A stretch of 36,723 nucleotides of DNA. Source: a virus. This document shows, one piece after another, positions 33,244 through 36,723 of the stretch (within the stretch, counting starts at the first letter, position 1; every line of letters starts with the position of its first letter). The stretch is from the IMG/VR virus record IMGVR_UViG_3300004481_000330, positions 1 through 36,723 of that record; one strand, written 5' to 3'. The notes beneath the pieces were generated by a model. That model ran no database searches. It was not told the origin of the DNA and worked only from the letters and a program-made list of their open reading frames with translations. The position numbers and the translations under genes were made by a program.

Positions 33244-34004
33244 TTGTTCACCTCGATTGCTGATATGTCGATCGTTCTGAAGAAGTCAGCAGCATCTTGA
33301 TAAGGCTCTGGAGATTGCTTGGCAATGGTTGGCACAGCCTCTTGCATCTTCAAGCGCATAGATCGCTGGTAAACAGTCTCTGTCTGGTTCTGCTTGTCAG
33401 TGATCCATTCAGCTTTAAGTCCTTGGCTTCCACGAGTACACCACTCAACAAGGAACTTTTCCAATGGCCAATCAAGTTTGAATGCCTCTTTTCTTGCGCC
33501 TTCAATGACTGTCTGAGTAACAGCAGCCTTTTTGCTTTTCCTAAGTGACAACCAATCAGACCAAACCTGTTCTGAAACATCAAGTGGACAAGCAACGACA
33601 GTTGCGCTCTCTCTCTTTGGTTTATGGTTATTAGTTATTGGTTCTTGGTTTATAGTTGCCTTAGCGATGGGTTGCGAGTCGGAACCCACTGGGTTCTTTT
33701 TGCGTCCACCAAGGCGACCATTAGCCCTGTTTTTTTCAGCCATTGCGTGATATTGCTCAATGACATCAGCACAACGAGCGTGATACCAGCCATCTTCATG
33801 CCTGACAAACATATCATTTAGAACATCACGAACCACATGGGCATCCACTCGCAAGCGTCTGGAAACCCACTGGGTATCCAATGGGATTTTTTGCTCTGTG
33901 TCGTAATACATATCCAGAAGTCGGCGGTAAGCCAAATCTTCTTCATTGGACAAATGTGCTGTGGCGGCACGATAGTCGCCAATGCTAAATTGGTAATAGT
34001 GCAT
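33240..34004 (-). CDS. DUF1376 (YdaU-like) replication-initiation-associated protein
   Basis: MHYYQFSIGDYRAATAHLSNEEDLAYRRLLDMYYDTEQKIPLD is the DUF1376 signature. The ATG at 34004 is preferred over the TTG at 34022. Confidence 0.8.
   Translation of the reverse strand: MHYYQFSIGDYRAATAHLSNEEDLAYRRLLDMYYDTEQKIPLDTQWVSRRLRVDAHVVRDVLNDMFVRHEDGWYHARCADVIEQYHAMAEKNRANGRLGGRKKNPVGSDSQPIAKATINQEPITNNHKPKRESATVVACPLDVSEQVWSDWLSLRKSKKAAVTQTVIEGARKEAFKLDWPLEKFLVEWCTRGSQGLKAEWITDKQNQTETVYQRSMRLKMQEAVPTIAKQSPEPYQDAADFFRTIDISAIEVNK
33618..33659. repeat. six tandem heptamers (TGGTTWT-like) inside the DUF1376 gene
   Basis: Direct reading of the plus strand: TGGTTTA TGGTTAT TAGTTAT TGGTTCT TGGTTTA TAGTTGC. 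The array lies in the linker-encoding part of the gene. Confidence 0.6.
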
Positions 34005-34111
34005 GATTTCCCGCTTTTTCAAACCCCTTTGAAGAAACTGCGGCAGGAGAAGGGGTAACTCTTTTCGGTCGGGGGATCAATCCCAACCTAGCCGTGTTTC
34101 ACAATACTATA

Positions 34112-34336
34112 TCACTTCTTTGGCGGTTTACCAAAATATTGCTTGGTTCCGTTGTCGTTGTCTTTTCGCAACACTGTCCAAAGGTGTTCACGCTCAAGGC
34201 GAGCCAGCTTACTGTGGGGGCTGGTTGTTGGTAGGTATCGTGCAATCTCCGCTGCTGTCGTTCCCTCTGACTTGCTCAGGAGCAACTTCAGTCGTGCCAT
34301 TTGACCGACTGGCTTTTTTTGAAACAGATTCATCAT
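34112..34336 (-). CDS. small winged-helix/HTH-like DNA-binding protein (74 aa)
   Basis: MMNLFQKKPVGQMARLKLLLSKSEGTTAAEIARYL... looks like a small HTH regulator. The start is taken at the ATG pair at 34336/34333. Confidence 0.5.
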   Translation of the reverse strand: MMNLFQKKPVGQMARLKLLLSKSEGTTAAEIARYLPTTSPHSKLARLEREHLWTVLRKDNDNGTKQYFGKPPKK

Positions 34337-34430
34337 TTTGATTACCCTTCTTTGAAAAAATAGCATCCCAACGGGATGAAAAATCCTCTGCTGTAACAGA
34401 GTACGGACGGGGACTTGAACCTTTACCCAT
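34209..34430 (-). CDS. small protein with a conserved GKGSSPRPYSV...WDAIFSKK N-terminus
   Basis: The N-terminal 27 aa match a recalled small phage family (GKGS.PRP.sv....F...WD.IF.KK). The C-terminal half is low complexity and overlaps the next gene by 128 nt. Confidence 0.45.
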   Translation of the reverse strand: MGKGSSPRPYSVTAEDFSSRWDAIFSKKGNQNDESVSKKASRSNGTTEVAPEQVRGNDSSGDCTIPTNNQPPQ

Positions 34431-34431
34431 G

Positions 34432-34845
34432 TCATGCCCTCGAATAGGTTGTGATCGGAAAGTTTGGGCGACCTTTGTTGCTCATGTTAGACAACTCACG
34501 GGTCGAGAAAATTCCATTGGATTTGGTCAAATCAAAAGCATTGCCTGAAGACTTCTTCGTTCCGCAAGGCCAGAACTCATCAATCACCACGGTTTTGGCT
34601 TTCTTTGATTCTTCAACATGAACATACTTTTTGTTTGTCAAGACAAAGAAGTAGTGGTTTCGATTGCCTTGGTTCATACGAACAACTTTGTCGAGCTTGA
34701 TATAGCCCTCAGCCAGAAGCTCGTCTTTGATCTCTGCAACACTTACATCAAACTTTGCAGAGACTCGGTTTGAAATGCGGCGGTGATGATCTTTGGTTGT
34801 ACGCAATTGCTCGATATAAAACAACTTAGCGAGTGATTTGCTCAA
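34432..34845 (-). CDS. hypothetical early protein (137 aa)
   Basis: Track ORF. It is the second gene of the leftward early operon. No family recognised. Confidence 0.55.
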   Translation of the reverse strand: MSKSLAKLFYIEQLRTTKDHHRRISNRVSAKFDVSVAEIKDELLAEGYIKLDKVVRMNQGNRNHYFFVLTNKKYVHVEESKKAKTVVIDEFWPCGTKKSSGNAFDLTKSNGIFSTRELSNMSNKGRPNFPITTYSRA

Positions 34846-35008
34846 TGTAAATGCTCCGATTGAAAAGTGATTCCAGTGTGACGATCAGAAGGGCTTTAGT
34901 TGCCGCATCGACATCACCATGATGATTGGTGTATCTGTTGACGAGTGATATTGCGTAGTCTAGCAATGCTGCGCTCGCCTCAAGTTCGTCATGGTCTTGT
35001 TGATTCAT
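34826..35008 (-). CDS. hypothetical early protein (60 aa)
   Basis: Track ORF. It is the first gene of the leftward operon next to the divergent control region. Confidence 0.5.
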   Translation of the reverse strand: MNQQDHDELEASAALLDYAISLVNRYTNHHGDVDAATKALLIVTLESLFNRSIYIEQITR

Positions 35009-35113
35009 GACGCGAGATTACCACCAAAAAAACATCTATCAATTAGGGTTTTCACCTATTCAAATGAATGTTTTTTGGGTTAACAATAGAGGCTCAACAA
35101 CTCAAGGAAACGT
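35009..35113. promoter_or_regulatory. divergent early control region
   Basis: This 105-nt AT-rich gap lies between the two divergent gene arms. Plus-strand candidates: -35 TTCAAA (35059-35064), a 17-nt spacer, and -10 AACAAT (35082-35087). An inverted repeat ATTCA-AA-TGAAT (35058-35069) overlaps the -35. On the minus strand, TTGAAT is followed 17 nt later by GATAGA. Confidence 0.4.
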
Positions 35114-35266
35114 ATGAATACCTCACTTCTCAAGTACGCACGACAGCTTTTTAAGTCGTACAATGCGTCCCCCGATGTGATCCGAAGCTACCAACTCAAG
35201 TGGGCGCGATCTGTTCACAATCTTGGCGACAAGTGGTTGTTTGCTGTACAGGTGGAACGCAAATGA
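35114..35266 (+). CDS. hypothetical early protein (50 aa)
   Basis: AAGGAA precedes the ATG at 35114. Sequence: MNTSLLKYARQLFKSYNASPDVIRSYQLKWARSVHNLGDKWLFAVQVERK. Its stop overlaps the next ATG (ATGA). Below the track cutoff. Confidence 0.4.
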   Translation: MNTSLLKYARQLFKSYNASPDVIRSYQLKWARSVHNLGDKWLFAVQVERK

Positions 35267-35385
35267 CTGAAAACGATCTGTACGCAATGGGCATGGAAAG
35301 CCCGACAGCATGGGCAAAGATGGAAGAACTTTGCAAAGCATTTAACATCCCATTCCCACCTCAATACACCAAGGAATCGAAATGA
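35263..35385 (+). CDS. hypothetical early protein (40 aa)
   Basis: The internal ATG at 35263 of track ORF 35200..35385 has GGTGGA 6 nt upstream. The ORF has a 4-nt overlap with the ERF gene. Confidence 0.45.
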   Translation: MTENDLYAMGMESPTAWAKMEELCKAFNIPFPPQYTKESK

Positions 35386-35993
35386 ACGTATATCAAAAAC
35401 TGAATGCAGCACGACAGTTGTTTCATAAGACTCAACTTAAAAAGTCTGGTCACAATACATTTGCAAAGTACAAGTATTTTGAGCTTGGCGACTTTGTTAT
35501 TCCTGCACTGGAAATCTTTAACAATGTTGGTCTGACAAGTGTTATTAGCTTTGGTGACATTGCAACAATGACAATCGTCAACATTGATAAGCCAGAAGAA
35601 ACAATCACTATCACCAGCCCAATGTCAGAGGCAAATTTGAAGGGCTGTCATCCAATCCAAAATCTTGGTGCTGTTCAAACATATCTGCGCCGTTATTTGT
35701 GGGTTGCTGCGCTTGAGATCATTGAGCACGATGCCATTGATTCAGCAAAACCAATTGAAGAAAAAAAGGTTGTCATTACACCATCACAAGGCATTGCTGA
35801 TTCTTTGCCAGCAGAGGAAATGGAATACCTACAAGAATTGGCGGTCGAGTTGATCGCTAGTGTTGCCGAAGGAAACTCTAAACAAGCACTTGAACGTCTT
35901 GACGCTGAGAATCTTGAAGCAGATCAAAAGGTCGGATTGTGGTCACTGCTGGATAGCAAGACTCGTTCGGCAATCAAAAAAGCAAAGGAATAA
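35382..35993 (+). CDS. erf: ERF-family single-strand annealing protein
   Basis: VYQKLNAARQLFHKTQLKKSGHNTFAKYKYFELGDFVIPALEIF ... QNLGAVQTYLRRYLWVAALEI matches the ERF superfamily pattern. Confidence 0.85.
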   Translation: MNVYQKLNAARQLFHKTQLKKSGHNTFAKYKYFELGDFVIPALEIFNNVGLTSVISFGDIATMTIVNIDKPEETITITSPMSEANLKGCHPIQNLGAVQTYLRRYLWVAALEIIEHDAIDSAKPIEEKKVVITPSQGIADSLPAEEMEYLQELAVELIASVAEGNSKQALERLDAENLEADQKVGLWSLLDSKTRSAIKKAKE

Positions 35994-35994
35994 T

Positions 35995-36375
35995 ATGAAC
36001 TCTATCTCTATCGCTGGACAGCTTGGCAAAGACGCTGAAGTGCGTTTTCTGCCAAATGGTGATCCAGTCTCCAATTTTTCTATTGCTGACAGCCAAGGCA
36101 AAAACAAAGACGCAATTTGGTGGAACTGCCAATTGTTTGGTAAGCGAGCTGAATCTCTTGCGCCGTACCTGGTCAAGGGCCAATCGCTGACAATCTCTGG
36201 CATTGTTGTTCAGCGTAAATTCACTGACAAGAATGGCCAAGAAAAGATTGCTACCAATGTGAACGTGAACGAAGTTGCGTTGCAAGGTGGCCGTAAAGAA
36301 TCATCACCTCAGCAATCAAAACCAGCGTCTTCACCAAAAGGTTTTGATGACATGGATGATGATGTGCCTTTTTAA
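35995..36375 (+). CDS. ssb: single-stranded DNA-binding protein
   Basis: OB-fold pattern (ISIAGQLGKDAEVRFLPNGDPVSNFSIA...WWNCQLFGKRAESLAPYLVKGQSLTISG) and the acidic C-terminal tip DDMDDDVPF. The ATG at 35995 has AAGGAA upstream. Confidence 0.9.
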   Translation: MNSISIAGQLGKDAEVRFLPNGDPVSNFSIADSQGKNKDAIWWNCQLFGKRAESLAPYLVKGQSLTISGIVVQRKFTDKNGQEKIATNVNVNEVALQGGRKESSPQQSKPASSPKGFDDMDDDVPF

Positions 36376-36489
36376 ACTTGATGCGCTATCAAAATTTTGA
36401 ATAACTGGCCGAAAGCGGATGCTGGCCTCTGGGGAACCCGGGGGAGCGCACTAGACGCAGCGAGTAGGCCAATCTTTTAAGGAAATGTA

Positions 36490-36639
36490 ATGGGATATTT
36501 AATTGCATGGGCCTGTTTTTTTGCATGGCTCACACACATTTTTACTTGCTTTGCACAAGGGCTTTGGGGCTTCTTGATTGCAGGAGCATTGTTTTTCCCT
36601 CTTGGGATTCTTCACGGAATCTTTCTCTGGTTTAAATAA
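36490..36639 (+). CDS. small two-TMD membrane protein (49 aa)
   Basis: AAGGA lies 6 nt before the ATG at 36490. Sequence: MGYLIAWACFFAWLTHIFTCFAQGLWGFLIAGALFFPLGILHGIFLWFK. Below the track cutoff. Confidence 0.5.
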   Translation: MGYLIAWACFFAWLTHIFTCFAQGLWGFLIAGALFFPLGILHGIFLWFK

Positions 36640-36643
36640 AGAA

Positions 36644-36723
36644 ACAACATGACTTTTACACTTGAACAAAACGAAGCAGCTTTCATCATCCGTGTCTTGG
36701 GTCAACTGCCAACTGAATCTGGT
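36644..36723. repeat. Terminal direct repeat, right copy (identical to 1..80)
   Basis: Same 80 nt as the window start. It contains the first 75 nt of the ORF annotated at 6..167. Confidence 0.95.

Noticed and set aside
34055-34105. A tRNA-like or structured element around cgggggatcaatcccaacc.
   Set aside because: GGGAT-CA-ATCCC gives only a 5-bp stem with a 2-nt loop. No acceptor or anticodon arms can be drawn, and no T-loop consensus is present.
35123-35412. Minus-strand ORFs 35123..35341 and 35215..35412 in the rightward early region.
   Set aside because: They lie opposite two plus-strand micro-ORFs that have good ribosome-binding sites and ATGA coupling into the ERF gene. Neither has a ribosome-binding site or a plausible promoter context.
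36499-36705. A minus-strand 68-aa Cys/Lys-rich ORF.
   Set aside because: It is antisense to a plus-strand two-TMD ORF that has a good AAGGA site, and to the junction ORF. It would be an isolated gene opposing the whole arm.
1-36723. A search for CRISPR arrays, rRNA or tRNA genes, transposase or IS elements and integrase.
   Set aside because: No spaced identical repeats, no rRNA-like or cloverleaf-compatible sequence, and no recombinase or transposase motifs appear in any ORF of the track.

Overview
The window is a complete tailed-phage genome of about 36.64 kb. Bases 1-80 are identical to 36644-36723, so the contig closes on itself (circular assembly overlap or short terminal redundancy). 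There is no tape-measure, tail-tube or sheath gene, so it looks podovirus-like. Spanins and lipoboxes point to a Gram-negative host. Transcription runs in two divergent arms from about 35009-35113. A short plus-strand arm (35114 -> 36723 -> 1..738) carries ERF, SSB, MazG-like and small ORFs. A very long minus-strand arm (35008 -> 741) carries four modules in order. First, a lambdoid-style early/replication module: DUF1376 initiator, C5-cytosine methyltransferase, RusA, NinB, DUF1364-like and glutaredoxin. Second, terminase small and large subunits, portal, scaffold, major capsid and adaptor. Third, several receptor-binding or fibre candidates and large internal-protein candidates. Fourth, an envelope-targeted block and a lysis cassette (holin candidate, Rz with embedded Rz1, GH19 endolysin). 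I saw no integrase, repressor, DNA polymerase, tRNA or CRISPR. Genes are packed tightly, with many ATGA/TGATG start-stop overlaps, and I hand-called several coupled micro-ORFs below the 60-aa track cutoff. The most unusual observation is at 31352-32175. A complete C5-MTase ORF (272 aa) and a second 271-codon ORF in the +1 frame of the same strand cover the same DNA. Both translations look protein-like, and the segment is GC-rich relative to its flanks. Other points worth a second look: a second spanin-like pair plus two overlapping secreted proteins upstream of the lysis genes; a six-unit heptamer array inside the replication initiator gene; a 488-aa ORFan; a HiPIP-like Cys-motif protein upstream of the terminase; and a triple-LamG receptor-binding candidate. 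All family names come from recalled motifs, because no database search was possible.
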